From an uncultured Gemmataceae bacterium (lineage in GTDB: Bacteria > Planctomycetota > Planctomycetia > Gemmatales > Gemmataceae), in assembly GCA_963750165.1 (NCBI GenBank), contig CAVVPN010000003.1:1888001-1952000 (forward strand): 64,000 nt of DNA. Direction: 5' to 3'. The notes below the pieces were generated by a model. It searched no databases, was not told the DNA's origin, and saw nothing but the letters and a program-made list of their open reading frames with translations. This document shows positions 21,495 through 31,717 of the stretch, one piece after another (within the stretch, counting starts at the first letter, position 1; the number at the start of each line of letters is the position of its first letter). Made by a program: the position numbers and the translations under genes.

Positions 21495-22709
21495 TTATAG
21501 GCTCGTTTGCCGAACGATGAACCTGCCCAACAGCGGCACCGCGAATGAATATTTGCCGTGCCGATTCTTGTAAACCAGACCGGTATCACTCAGACTGGAG
21601 AGCATTTGACTGACGTGGCTGGCGCCGAACGGTTTCTTCAGCATGGTTTTGGATTGCGCAGTGATCTCCTGCACCGTGAATTCCTCGTCGCAGTTGTCGA
21701 GGTTGGCGATCACCGTAAGCAATTCCCGCTGTCGGTCGGTCGCACGGGCCCAGCGGCCGGCGAAGAAATTGTTGTCCAGCTTGCGGGTGATTTCCTGGAT
21801 GGGCACCTGGGCCTTCTCCCGGGCCCCGACTTTCTGCAGGAACGCATCGTACACTTCTCGACAAATGAACTGAATAAAGTAGGGGTAACCGCCGGAAACC
21901 TCGATGACCACCTTGACCGAAGCCGCGTTTAATCGGACCGGACAGTTGGCGTCCTGGATCGGTTTCAAGATGGCATCACGGCTGTCGGCGTCGTTCAACC
22001 GTTTCAAGAAAACGACGTGAAACATGCGCTCGGCGAACGTGCGCGCCTCCACCAGTTTGGGGAAGAGGGTGGGGAGGCCGACGAGCACGAGCATGAAGGG
22101 AATGCCCTTTTTTTGCAGCGACTGGAACACGTCGAGCATCAACGACAGCGGATATTCGTTGGCTTCCGCGTGGTCGGAGAGGTTTTGGGCCTCGTCGTAA
22201 GCGAACACCATCCCCCTCACCTGCTGGCCTTTCAGACACGCCCAGATGAATTCCAGGACCGCCTTGAGCTTGTCGGAAGCCAGGCCGGGGGTGTTGGCGT
22301 AAAGGTCGCTCATGGTGTTGAAGTCCAGGGTCTTGCGCTCCTGCTTCGTGGGCCGGCTAAAGCCGATGGCGGGCAGATCCTTGGTCAACGTGATGCGCGA
22401 AGTGAGAGGGGCCAGGTCCGTCAGGAGCCGGACCGCCACCCGGGCCTCGCTGATACTGGAGGACTCGGAGAGGTCGGTGCCCACCCAGAGCCAGCCGCGC
22501 TCGATGGCCAGTGGCTTGAAGGTATCCAGGAGGACGGTTTTGCCAACGCCCCGCAATCCCGTCAACACCAGGTTCTCCAACACAACGTCCTGAGTCAGCA
22601 ACCGCAGAAACTCTTCTTTCTCCCGCTGGCGCCCGGCCAGGTAGGGTGGCATGTGCCCCGCGCCAGGGCGGAACGGGTTGTTGAACTGCTTCACGGGATG
22701 CGTTGCCAT
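21495..22709 (-). CDS. AAA/P-loop ATPase with C-terminal winged helix
   Basis: NPFRPGAGHMPPYLAGR, Walker A GLRGVGKT, Walker B FAYDEAQ, SGGYPYFIQ. Confidence 0.85.
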   Translation of the reverse strand: MATHPVKQFNNPFRPGAGHMPPYLAGRQREKEEFLRLLTQDVVLENLVLTGLRGVGKTVLLDTFKPLAIERGWLWVGTDLSESSSISEARVAVRLLTDLAPLTSRITLTKDLPAIGFSRPTKQERKTLDFNTMSDLYANTPGLASDKLKAVLEFIWACLKGQQVRGMVFAYDEAQNLSDHAEANEYPLSLMLDVFQSLQKKGIPFMLVLVGLPTLFPKLVEARTFAERMFHVVFLKRLNDADSRDAILKPIQDANCPVRLNAASVKVVIEVSGGYPYFIQFICREVYDAFLQKVGAREKAQVPIQEITRKLDNNFFAGRWARATDRQRELLTVIANLDNCDEEFTVQEITAQSKTMLKKPFGASHVSQMLSSLSDTGLVYKNRHGKYSFAVPLLGRFIVRQTSL

Positions 22710-22851
22710 CAACAGCCTCAATTAGTTGATTCTATAAATTTAGCCGATAGACTAAATTTGCATAATACAAGCTTTTTGTCAAGAGGAAGTCACGCCCGTG
22801 GTCCCAGGCGGTTCGTGGAGGACGCGGCCAACCGTGGCCGGTTGGTCTGAG

Positions 22852-24483
22852 CTAGGCCGGCGTGTCGCGGGTCACGTCGAAGCGGCGGAACGCCCAGGCG
22901 ACCAGCGGCACCAGCGCCGCGCACAGACCCACGCACGCCAGCCACGCCGCCGCGACGCCGGTCGCCAGGCTGTCCGCCGCCACGACGTAGCCGCCCAGGC
23001 CGGCCACGAGCGCCAACGCCAGCAGCAGCCCCAGCCCCGTAAACTTCGCCAGCCACAGCAGCACCTGCCGGCCGAGCAGCTGGAAGTCGCCGGGCGTCGT
23101 CGCCACCAGGCGCGTCGGGAACCATAGAAACAGCAGGTTCTCGATGCCGAACAACAGGAAATTGACCGGCAGCAGGAAGGCGCAGCCGGCCAGCAGCCAC
23201 GGCCAGGGCCGGCCCCAGACGGCCAGCATCAGTGCCACCACCAGCGCCTGCACGAGCGTCACCGCCGCCACCGGCGTCAGCAGCTGGCCGACCACCAGCC
23301 GCCAGGCGGGCAGCGGCAGTGTCTTGAGCAGGTCCATGCGGTCCACGTCGCCGCGGAAGTCGAACGGCAGCAGCGCCGGCACCACCAGCGTCATGGCCAG
23401 CAGCAGACTGCCCAGCAGCGGCACCGGCGGTTCGTCACCGGCGAAGTCGTCGGCGTGGCCCAGCAGCGGCCCGGACAGGAAGCCGACCATCAGCAGCACG
23501 AGCAGCAGCGACCACCAGCTGCGCAGGAAGCTGGTGGCCTGACGCCACAGGATCGGGCCGACGCCGCCCAGGTACGGCAGCGGCGGCGCCGTCAGCCGCA
23601 GCCGACCCGAGGCCGGTGCCACCGCCAGCGCGGCGCCGCCGCGGCGCAGCCGCTGCAACCGGGCGTACTGCCGTTCGCTGGCGCCGGCGGACGCCTCCAG
23701 GTAGTGGGCGTCCAGCGCGAACAGCAGCAGCAGTAACACGCCATCGACCGCCAGCGCCAGCGCGGCGTACTGCACCAGGTCGGGCCAGACGCGCTCCGCG
23801 GTGAACGTCAGCACGAACCAGCTGGCCGGCGCCAGCAGCACCTGCGTCAGCGGCTCGTCCTCCAGCTCGCTCACGACGCTGCGCCAGTCGCCGCGCAGCA
23901 CCGGGGCGAGCGCTCGGTAGGCGGCCACTGCCAGCACGACGACCAGCGCGGCGAGCACCAGCTTGCGGCGGCGGTTGTAGGCGTGCGCCCCCAGCGCGCT
24001 GGCCAGCAGCGCCAGCAGCATGGCGAACAGCTGCAGCAGCAGTACGGCGAGGATGAGGCCGACCAGGGCGGCGATGGTCAGGGCGGCGTAAGCGCGCAGG
24101 AACAGCGTGAAGAACACGGCGCTGACCACGGCACCAAAGACGACGCCCCAGACCTTGTAGAGCAGCAGTTGACGGCGGCTGAGCGGGGCGGTGAACAGCA
24201 GGTTGACCTCGGCGGCGCTGAAGGTGACGGCGTTTTCGCCGGTCGAGAAGACGAGGTTGATGACACAATAGCCGACCAGCACCCAGGGGCCGTAGTGGCG
24301 CACCTGGTCGAGACGGCTGCCCATGACCGTGCCCGCCTGCAGGGCCGACCACACCCAGCCCGCGAACAGGCTCAGGCCCACGAGCGCCAGCAGCGCCCCG
24401 CGCGGCGTGCGCACACTACGGCCCAGGCGGCGCAGCCACGCCCGCAGGCGCAGCCAGAGCAACAGCCATAAGGCGCGGTCCAC
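22852..24483 (-). CDS. Putative ABC exporter permease
   Basis: Multiple transmembrane segments, FSAAEVNLLFTAPLSRRQLL; next to an ABC ATPase. Confidence 0.85.
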   Translation of the reverse strand: MDRALWLLLWLRLRAWLRRLGRSVRTPRGALLALVGLSLFAGWVWSALQAGTVMGSRLDQVRHYGPWVLVGYCVINLVFSTGENAVTFSAAEVNLLFTAPLSRRQLLLYKVWGVVFGAVVSAVFFTLFLRAYAALTIAALVGLILAVLLLQLFAMLLALLASALGAHAYNRRRKLVLAALVVVLAVAAYRALAPVLRGDWRSVVSELEDEPLTQVLLAPASWFVLTFTAERVWPDLVQYAALALAVDGVLLLLLFALDAHYLEASAGASERQYARLQRLRRGGAALAVAPASGRLRLTAPPLPYLGGVGPILWRQATSFLRSWWSLLLVLLMVGFLSGPLLGHADDFAGDEPPVPLLGSLLLAMTLVVPALLPFDFRGDVDRMDLLKTLPLPAWRLVVGQLLTPVAAVTLVQALVVALMLAVWGRPWPWLLAGCAFLLPVNFLLFGIENLLFLWFPTRLVATTPGDFQLLGRQVLLWLAKFTGLGLLLALALVAGLGGYVVAADSLATGVAAAWLACVGLCAALVPLVAWAFRRFDVTRDTPA

Positions 24484-24557
24484 GGTCGGCCTCCGTCCCA
24501 GAACCAGGGTGAGGGGGTGAAAGACGCAAGCATCGCTCTTTCACCCCCTTCACCTCC

Positions 24558-25307
24558 TCACCCCCTCACCCCCTCACCCTGGCCGCCCTCGGTCAGCCGA
24601 AAGAACAATTCCTCCAGCGTCTCCTGCCGACCGTCCTGATTCAGCTCGCGCCGCAGGTCGGCCAATCGGCCGTGCAGCAGCTGGCGGCCGCGGTGCAGCA
24701 CCAGCACCGACGTACACAGATCTTCCACCAGCGACAGCAGGTGCGAACTCACCATGACCGCCGCCCCCGTCGCGGCCCGCTGCTGAATGGACGTTTTCAT
24801 GGTGCGGATGCCGCGCGGGTCCAGGCCGGTCAGCGGCTCGTCCAGCAGGATCGCCCGCGGCTCGTGCAGGTAGCCGCAGCTGATCGCCACCTTCTGCCGC
24901 ATGCCGCGCGACAGCTCCGCCGTCAACGCGTCGCGCTTCTCGGTCAGCTCGAACTGCCGCAGCAGTTCCTCGGCACGCGGCTGCCAGTCGGCGACGCGGT
25001 ACAGCTCCGCGACGAAGCGCAGGTGCTCCCAGACCGTCAGCGGATCGAACAACCGCGGGTCGTCCGGCACGTAGGCCAGGGCGGCCTTGGCGCGGAGCGG
25101 CTCACGCTCGATGTCGAAGCCGGCGACCGCCAGGCAGCCGCGCGTCGGCGGCAGGATGCCACACAGCGCGCGCATCGTCGTCGTCTTGCCGGCGCCGTTC
25201 GGCCCGACCAGGCCAAGGATCTCGCCGGGTTCGACGCGAAAACTGATGCCGGCCACCGCCACGGTGTCGCCGTAGTTCTTGTGGAAGTCCACAACCGCGA
25301 TCGTCAC
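24558..25307 (-). CDS. ABC transporter ATP-binding protein
   Basis: GPNGAGKT, LSRGMRQK, LLDEP and SSH motifs. Confidence 0.95.
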   Translation of the reverse strand: MTIAVVDFHKNYGDTVAVAGISFRVEPGEILGLVGPNGAGKTTTMRALCGILPPTRGCLAVAGFDIEREPLRAKAALAYVPDDPRLFDPLTVWEHLRFVAELYRVADWQPRAEELLRQFELTEKRDALTAELSRGMRQKVAISCGYLHEPRAILLDEPLTGLDPRGIRTMKTSIQQRAATGAAVMVSSHLLSLVEDLCTSVLVLHRGRQLLHGRLADLRRELNQDGRQETLEELFFRLTEGGQGEGVRG

Positions 25308-25340
25308 CCGTGCCCCCTTGCGAGCGATGTGCATTGGGGT

Positions 25341-25400
25341 GTAGCGGAAGTCGCCAGACTTCCGACCGGCGCTGCTCGGAAGTCTGGCGACTTCCGCTAC
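25341..25400. repeat. REP doublet (REPIN-like) with GTAG ends
   Basis: GTAGCGGAAGTCGCCAGACTTCCGA-10 bp-TCGGAAGTCTGGCGACTTCCGCTAC; each arm is itself a hairpin. Confidence 0.8.
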
Positions 25401-25415
25401 GAGAGCTACTGCCCG

Positions 25416-26389
25416 CTACGCCTGAATGCCCTGCACGACCAGTTCAAGAAACTCACGAGCGCGGCGGGCCAGAGCGTCCACGCCATCAGGCTTGGCCGGC
25501 GCGGGCAGGCGCGGGGCGGAAATGTTCTCGCAGCACAGCGGCATGGCCCGGCCCGTGAACGCCACCGGATACAGCAGCCGATAGTGATCGATTTCGCCCA
25601 GGCCGGGACCGCAGTCCCGGTGCGGCGGCGGAAAGTCGCGGTGGTCCTTGATGCAAAAACTCCGCACCTGGTCGGCGCAGGCGGTCAGATCCTTGATGAC
25701 CTCCGCGGGGCTGACGCGCAGGTAATCCATGACGTTGCCGGCGTCGTAGTTGACGCGGACGCCAGCGTCGTTGACCTCGCGCGTGATCGCCGCGCAGGCC
25801 GCGCCGGTGCCGGTCTCGCCGCCGTGCTGCTTGACCACGAGCAGCACACCGTTGTTGGCGCGATCGGCCCGAGCTTGCGGAAACGCTCGACCCAGAGTTT
25901 GCGGTTGCCGCCCTTGGTGTGGCCGAACGTCAGCACCTGCGGCACCTTGCCCGCGGCCGCCTGCTCGATGCGCCGCGTCAGCACCTCCACGGCATTCCTG
26001 GCCTCGGGGTAGATGCCCGAGAACATCATCAACGGTTCCAGGCCGAGGTCGCGGCAGCGCGCGGCCAGTTCCTTCGCGCGGGCGGGCGGGGCGTCGGCGG
26101 CGATCACGGGCACGGTCTTGCCGCCGGCCTCGACGTGACTGGTGCCCCAGGCGACGAAGCGGTAGCCGGCACCGCGAATGCCGGTCAGGGCACGCTCCAG
26201 CGGGAAGCGTGAATAGGTCAGCGTCATGCAGGCGATCTGAAAAGTCGTGGGTTTGCCGCGCGGCGGCTGCGGGTTCTGGACGGCGGCCGGCACCGGAGCC
26301 GGCTGGGCCGCCTGCGCCAGGGCCAGGCCGGACAGGCCAGCGGCGCCGGCGTGCAGGAAGGTGCGGCGGTTCAGGCGCGAACTGCTCAT
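25416..26389 (-). CDS. Tat-exported sugar phosphate isomerase/epimerase (TIM barrel), frameshift near 25855
   Basis: NRRTFLH twin-arginine signal; VNYDAGN, CIKDH and PGLGEIDH motifs; two overlapping ORFs. Confidence 0.8.
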
Positions 26390-26631
26390 GGCGTCCTCGC
26401 GGGTTGGGGTGCGGGAAACGGCGTCACGATCACTATAAGGCGGCAGCGGCGCGGCAACAACGGGGCGCACTACCGGTCCGAGCCCGAGCGCCAGCGAGGC
26501 GGCAGCTGGCCCCGCGCTGGCGCTCGGGCTCGGATCGGCGTCGGCAACAACGGTCGGCTTGCGGCGCACCGTCGCCGCCGGGTATGCTGGTCCGGTTCGC
26601 CCGGTGACTGCTTCAACAAGGACGGTGGTTC

Positions 26632-27453
26632 ATGGCCAAGCAAGGCGAAATCGATTACCTGAAAAACCTCGGTCCCGATGGCGTGCAGCACGCGGCCCTC
26701 AAGCCGTTCTCCGACCCGGGACGTGCTCGCTACCTGGCGGAGCTGGGGGCGCTGCTGGCGCTGCTGCCGCCGCCGCCGGCGCGGCTGCTGGACCTCGGCT
26801 GCGGCACCGGCTGGACGAGTGTCTTCTTCGCGCGCAGCGGCTACGACGTGCTCGGCGTCGATCTCGCCCCGGACATGATCGCGCTCGCCCGGCAGCAGCG
26901 CAACCGCGAAGGGCTGTCGCGTCTCGACTTCGTGGCCTGCGACTACGAGGACCTGCCGTTCGAGGGCGGCTTTGACGCGGTGGTGTACTTCGACGCGCTG
27001 CACCACGCCGTGGACGAGGCGGCGGCGCTGCGCTGCGCTTACCAGGCGCTGGACCGAGGCGGCGTCTGCGTCGCGTCGGAGCCGGGCGCCGGCCACCACG
27101 AGTCGCCGGAGGCGGTGGCGGCGGTGCAGCGCTTCGGCGTCACGGAAAAGGAAATGCCGCCCGAGCACGTCGTCGCGCTGGGACGGCAGATCGGCTTCCG
27201 CTCCTGGCGCGTGCTGCCGCACGCCTACGACCTGCACGCGCCGCTCTACCACGTCCGCGAAGACGCGGCGGCGCCGGCGCACCGAACGCCACCGGGACTC
27301 AAGCGCCTGCTGTTCGCGCCGCTGCTGTGGGCGCTGGGCGTGCGGCCGGGCGTCTTCAGCGACCGCATGGGCGCGTTCTACTATCTGAAACAGGTGATTT
27401 ATCTGCTGCGGGCGGCGCCGCGCGCCGGCGGCATTGTGGTGCTGACGAAGTGA
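26632..27453 (+). CDS. Class I SAM-dependent methyltransferase
   Basis: LLDLGCGTG, GVDLA, FDAVVYFDALHH. Confidence 0.92.
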   Translation: MAKQGEIDYLKNLGPDGVQHAALKPFSDPGRARYLAELGALLALLPPPPARLLDLGCGTGWTSVFFARSGYDVLGVDLAPDMIALARQQRNREGLSRLDFVACDYEDLPFEGGFDAVVYFDALHHAVDEAAALRCAYQALDRGGVCVASEPGAGHHESPEAVAAVQRFGVTEKEMPPEHVVALGRQIGFRSWRVLPHAYDLHAPLYHVREDAAAPAHRTPPGLKRLLFAPLLWALGVRPGVFSDRMGAFYYLKQVIYLLRAAPRAGGIVVLTK

Positions 27454-27516
27454 CTTCTTCTGCGTGGGGCAGGCTGGAAAGCCTGCCCCACGCAGAAGAA
27501 GTCACTTCGTCAGCAC
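27439..27516. terminator. Perfect 37-bp inverted repeat spanning two convergent stop codons
   Basis: Arms 27439-27475 and 27480-27516, loop GGAA. Confidence 0.85.
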
Positions 27517-28176
27517 GAACAGCTTCTCGTTCACGGCGCCGTTGACGATGAAGGACGGGTAGTTCTCGGTGAAGGTGACAGCCTGACCACCGGCCTGCAG
27601 GCGCAGGACGCGACGCAGCGGTAGATTCGTTTTCGCGTCCAGCCACAGCGTCACCTGCGCCGGCACCCCCTTGGCGGGCGTCAGCTGGTACTCGACGGCC
27701 ACGGCCTCCTTGCCGTCGATGGTGTCCGCCTTGCCGGCCTTGAAGCCGCCGACGCCGAGGTTGTCGCGGAGCTTGCCCTCGTAGTCGTCCAGCCGCAGCA
27801 GCAGCGCGGCGACGACCACGCCGGAGCGCTCCAGGGCCGCGGTGAGGGTGTCGTTGAACGTCTTCGGCGTGGCCCGTGTCCGCGGCTCCTTCCCCGGTGC
27901 GGTGGTCCGCTGGTTGGTGCCGTCGGACACCACCGTGAGCTTGAGCGGCTTGCCGTCCACCTCGCCTTCCAGCGTCAGGAGCGCCTTGTTGCCCGCCGCC
28001 AGCAGGACGCTGCCCTTGAGGCTGCCCTTCTTGAAGCCGTCGATTTTCGTCTCGAACAAGAGCTGCACCGAACTGGCCTTGCCGAGCTGCGCGGTCATGG
28101 CCTGGAAGCGCTTGTCCGCGTTGTCCTGCGGCTGGCCCAGCAGTGCCAGCGCCACCAGTGCGAAAGCGTGGGTCAT
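27502..28176 (-). CDS. Secreted LolA-like protein, array copy 6
   Basis: Signal peptide; VSDG and LWLDAKTNLPLRR family motifs. Confidence 0.75.
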   Translation of the reverse strand: MTHAFALVALALLGQPQDNADKRFQAMTAQLGKASSVQLLFETKIDGFKKGSLKGSVLLAAGNKALLTLEGEVDGKPLKLTVVSDGTNQRTTAPGKEPRTRATPKTFNDTLTAALERSGVVVAALLLRLDDYEGKLRDNLGVGGFKAGKADTIDGKEAVAVEYQLTPAKGVPAQVTLWLDAKTNLPLRRVLRLQAGGQAVTFTENYPSFIVNGAVNEKLFVLTK

Positions 28177-28253
28177 GGTCGATCCTCCTTGAAAATGGGC
28201 GAAGCGCGGCGGCCCGGCCTGCGGTGCGGCCGGGCCGCGGGTTCTTTGGCGGT

Positions 28254-28937
28254 TTACTTGGGCAGTTCAAACATCTTGTCGTCGAGCCTGGGGTTGAGGT
28301 TGAAGTTGCTGTAGGTTTCGCTGAGGGTGACGCCGCCGCCCTCGTTGATGTACAGAGTGCGCTTGAGCGGCAGGTTCGTCTGCGCGTCCAGCCAGACGGT
28401 GCAGACCGCGGGCGTCTTATCCTTCGGCGTCAGCTTGTACTTGAGGACGACAGCGGCGCGGCCGTTGACCTTTTCGCCCTTGAGCAGTTCAAAATCGCTC
28501 AGCTTCATGGTCGCGAACGGGCCTTCTCCCTCGTCCCTGGAACTGCGGCCGATCAGCAACATGCCGGCGGTGAGGCCCGTGCGCGCGGTGATGACGTTCA
28601 GCGTCGTGCGCCAGTCTTTGGGCTGGTCACGGCTCGGTTCCGGCTTGCCCTCGGCATCCATCTTCAATTTCTTGCCGTCGGACACCATCTCCAGTTTCGC
28701 CGTCTTGCCCATGAAATCGGCGTTCGCCGTCAGGCGCGCCTTGCCGTTGGGGCCGACGGTCAGCGTCCCCTTGAAGGCGCCGGTGTTACCCATGCCGCCT
28801 TCCATCTTTCCGTCAAAGGTCACCTGGAACGCGGCGGCCCGGGTGATCTTCTCTTCCATCATCTTGAAGCGCTTCTCGGCGTCGTCGCCCGCCTGGGCGA
28901 GCGCGGTCACCAGCAGCGGGAGCAGCAGCAGTTTCAT
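28254..28937 (-). CDS. Secreted LolA-like protein, array copy 5
   Basis: MKLLLLP.. signal, VWLDAQTNLPLKR, ETYS..LNP..FELPK. Confidence 0.78.
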   Translation of the reverse strand: MKLLLLPLLVTALAQAGDDAEKRFKMMEEKITRAAAFQVTFDGKMEGGMGNTGAFKGTLTVGPNGKARLTANADFMGKTAKLEMVSDGKKLKMDAEGKPEPSRDQPKDWRTTLNVITARTGLTAGMLLIGRSSRDEGEGPFATMKLSDFELLKGEKVNGRAAVVLKYKLTPKDKTPAVCTVWLDAQTNLPLKRTLYINEGGGVTLSETYSNFNLNPRLDDKMFELPK

Positions 28938-28959
28938 GGACGGTCCCCCTTTCGTTGGG

Positions 28960-29628
28960 TTACTTCGGCAACTCAAACAGCTTGGCGTCGAGCTTTGGGT
29001 TGAGCGTGAAAGCGCTGTAGATCTCGGTGAAGGTGGCCCCGTCGTTGCCCTCGGCAGGGCGGAGGACGCGCTTGAGCGGCAGGTTCGTCTTCGCGTCCAG
29101 CCAGAGGGTGCCGATGGCCTTCTTGTCCTTGACGGTCAACTGGTACTGGACGACGGCGGCGTAGCGGCCGCCGACCTTCTCGGCCGGGAGCAACTTGAAG
29201 TCGCTGGCCTTGAGAGCGTCTTGCAGGTTCTCCTGGCCGGTGGTGAGCAGGAACACGCCAGCGACGATGCCGGTGCGGCCCGCGATGGCGTTGAGCTTGG
29301 CCCGAAAGTCCCTGGGCACGTCCTTGTTCTTCCAATTCAAGCCGGTCTCGCGAGTCGCCACCTTGTTCCCGTCGGACACCATCTCCAGTTTCGCCGTCTT
29401 GCCCGCGACATCGGCCTCCGCCGTCAGGCGGCCCTTGCCGCCGGCGCCGATGGTCAGCGTCCCCTTGACGGGGCCGCCCCCCTTGGCGGTTTCGATCTTG
29501 CCGTCGAAGGTGATTTGCAGCGTGTCCGCCTTGGCGATCTTCGCTTCCATCGCTTTGAAGCGCTTCTCGGCATCGGCACCTCCCTGGGCGGCCACGGTCA
29601 ACAGCAGCGGGATCAGCAGGAGTTTCAT
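28960..29628 (-). CDS. Secreted LolA-like protein, array copy 4
   Basis: Same family motifs; ends in LFELPK. Confidence 0.78.
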   Translation of the reverse strand: MKLLLIPLLLTVAAQGGADAEKRFKAMEAKIAKADTLQITFDGKIETAKGGGPVKGTLTIGAGGKGRLTAEADVAGKTAKLEMVSDGNKVATRETGLNWKNKDVPRDFRAKLNAIAGRTGIVAGVFLLTTGQENLQDALKASDFKLLPAEKVGGRYAAVVQYQLTVKDKKAIGTLWLDAKTNLPLKRVLRPAEGNDGATFTEIYSAFTLNPKLDAKLFELPK

Positions 29629-30323
29629 TTGGGATCCTCTTTCGTCTTGGGCAGCTCGAACAGCCGGGCGTCCAGCTGCGGGTTGAGGCGCAAGTCGCTG
29701 TAGGTTTCCGTCACGGTGAAGCGCTGGTTGCCCATCTCGAACTGCAGGGCGCGCTTGAGCGGCAGGCCCGTGGCGGCGTCCAACCAGACGATGGCGGTGG
29801 CGGCCTGGTCGTTCTTGATGGCCAACTTGTACGCGATGACGGCGGCGTTGCGGCCATTGACCTGCTCGGCCGGCTTCGCCTTGAAGTCGCTCACCTTGAG
29901 TTCGTCGAGCGGGTTCTTCTGCTTGTCATTGAGGTTACCCAGCGTCAGCGCGCCGATGGTGATCCCCGTTCGCGACACCAGGCTGGTCAACATCTCCTGA
30001 AAAAACTTGGGGGTATCCTGAGCCGGGTTGTTCTGGCCGTCCGTGCGGTTCACCATCTTGGTGCCGTCGGACACCATTACGATCTTCATGTCCTTGCCAA
30101 AGAAGCTCGCGTCGGCCTCCAGACGGGCCTTGTTGGGAGCGCGCACGGTCAGGGTGCCCTTCATCGCGAAAGTAATCTGATCGTTCTTGAAGTCGCAGGC
30201 GAAGGTCACGCGCAGGGCGTCGGCCTTGCGGATCTTGTCCTCCATCGCCTTGAAGCGTTTTTCGGCGTCATCGCCCGCCTGGCCCAGCGCGGCCAGCACC
30301 ACGGGCAGCAGCAGCAGTTTCAT
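29625..30323 (-). CDS. Secreted LolA-like protein, array copy 3
   Basis: Same family motifs; GGGGA RBS. Confidence 0.78.
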   Translation of the reverse strand: MKLLLLPVVLAALGQAGDDAEKRFKAMEDKIRKADALRVTFACDFKNDQITFAMKGTLTVRAPNKARLEADASFFGKDMKIVMVSDGTKMVNRTDGQNNPAQDTPKFFQEMLTSLVSRTGITIGALTLGNLNDKQKNPLDELKVSDFKAKPAEQVNGRNAAVIAYKLAIKNDQAATAIVWLDAATGLPLKRALQFEMGNQRFTVTETYSDLRLNPQLDARLFELPKTKEDPK

Positions 30324-30343
30324 CGGCGTCCCCTTTCCCAGGG

Positions 30344-31012
30344 TTACTTGGGCAACTCGAACAGTTTGGCGTCCAGCTGCGGGTTGAGGGTAAAGTTGGT
30401 GTAGTTTTCCACGATAGTGCAACGTTGGCGGTTCTCTTCCCCGCGCAGGGTGCGCTTGAGCGGCAAGCCCGTCCCGGTGTCCACCCAGAGGGTGCAGGTG
30501 AGTACGTCCTTGTTCTGGTAGGTTAACTGGTACGCGATGACGGCGGTATCGCGGCCGCCGACCTGCTCGGGCTTGAGCAGCTTGAAACCGCTCACCTTGA
30601 ACTCGTCCCGCGGATCCCGCTTGTCGTCGGAGACACCGGCGGCCCCGATGCCGCCGGCCCCCAGCCGCGCCAGCAGGACCGTGAGCTGTTTCCCAGTATT
30701 CCTGGGGAGAGCGCGGGGGGCCTCACTCTTGCCGTCATTGCTGGCGACCAGCTTGGTCCCGTCGGACACCACCAGGAACTTCTCCGTCCGGCCCATGAGT
30801 TCGGTGGTCAGTTCAAACCGGGCCATGTCGCCGCGGAGGGTCAGCGTGCCCCTGGCCGAGCCGTTGCCCTTGCCGATTTCGATTTTGGCGTTGAAGGTCA
30901 CCTGCAAGGCGTCGGCCCTGGCGATCTTCGCTTCCAGCGCTCGGAAGTGCTTCTCGGCGTCGCCCGCCTGACCCAGCGCCGCCAGCAGCACGGGAATCAA
31001 TAACAGTTTCAT
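30344..31012 (-). CDS. Secreted LolA-like protein, array copy 2
   Basis: Second half of ORF 30344-31717, with its own MKLLLIP start and RBS. Confidence 0.78.
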   Translation of the reverse strand: MKLLLIPVLLAALGQAGDAEKHFRALEAKIARADALQVTFNAKIEIGKGNGSARGTLTLRGDMARFELTTELMGRTEKFLVVSDGTKLVASNDGKSEAPRALPRNTGKQLTVLLARLGAGGIGAAGVSDDKRDPRDEFKVSGFKLLKPEQVGGRDTAVIAYQLTYQNKDVLTCTLWVDTGTGLPLKRTLRGEENRQRCTIVENYTNFTLNPQLDAKLFELPK

Positions 31013-31031
31013 CGGCATCCCCTTCCCTGGG

Positions 31032-31717
31032 TCACTTCGGCAGTTGGAACGTCTTGGCGTCGAGCGTGGGGTTGAGGGTGAACGCGCTATACGTCTCGGT
31101 GATGGTGATGCGCTCGCCGCCGACCTCCGGCGCAGGACGTGCTTGAGCGGCAGGTTCGTCTGCGTGTCCACCCACACGGTGCAGTTCAAAGTGACCTTCT
31201 CGTCGCCCATGGTCATCTTGTAATCGATGGCCGTCGCCTGCCGGCCGCCGACCTTCTCGTCCTTGCCCTTCTTGAAGTCGCTCACCTTCACCGTCTTCAG
31301 CGGATCTTCCTTGTCGTCCTGCTTGCCCTGCCGCATCAGCGGCAGGCCGACGCCCGACCGCGCCAGCATCGCGGTGACGGCGTGGCGTACCATCTCCGTC
31401 GTCCTGGCCGGCTTGGCTGGCATGGCCTGACCGTTGACGGACACGGCCTCGTTGGTGCCGTCGGAGACGATTTGTATCTTCGTCACCTTGCCCTTGGTGT
31501 CCGCGTCCGCGACGATGCGGCGCTTGCCGGCGCCGCCGTAGGCCAGCGTGCCCTTGATCGTGGCGTTGGCCTTGGTGCTTTCGACCTTGCTGTCGAAGGT
31601 CACTTGCACGGTGTTCGCCTTGGCGATCTTCGCTTCCATCGCCTGGAAGCGTTTCTCGGCGTCGCCGCCCGCCTGACCGAGCGCGGCCAGCACCACCGGA
31701 ATTAACAGGAGCTTCAT
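31032..31717 (-). CDS. Secreted LolA-like protein, array copy 1 (frameshift near 31130)
   Basis: The family C-terminus ETYSAFTLNPTLDAKTFQLPK* lies in another frame and stops at 31032. Confidence 0.75.

Noticed and set aside
24507..24580. (TCACCCCC)n repeat with hairpin as a distinct element
   Set aside because: Short low-complexity intergenic repeat; no function can be supported.
30344..31717. 457-aa two-domain protein
   Set aside because: Two array paralogs joined by a frameshift; the second has its own RBS and signal peptide.
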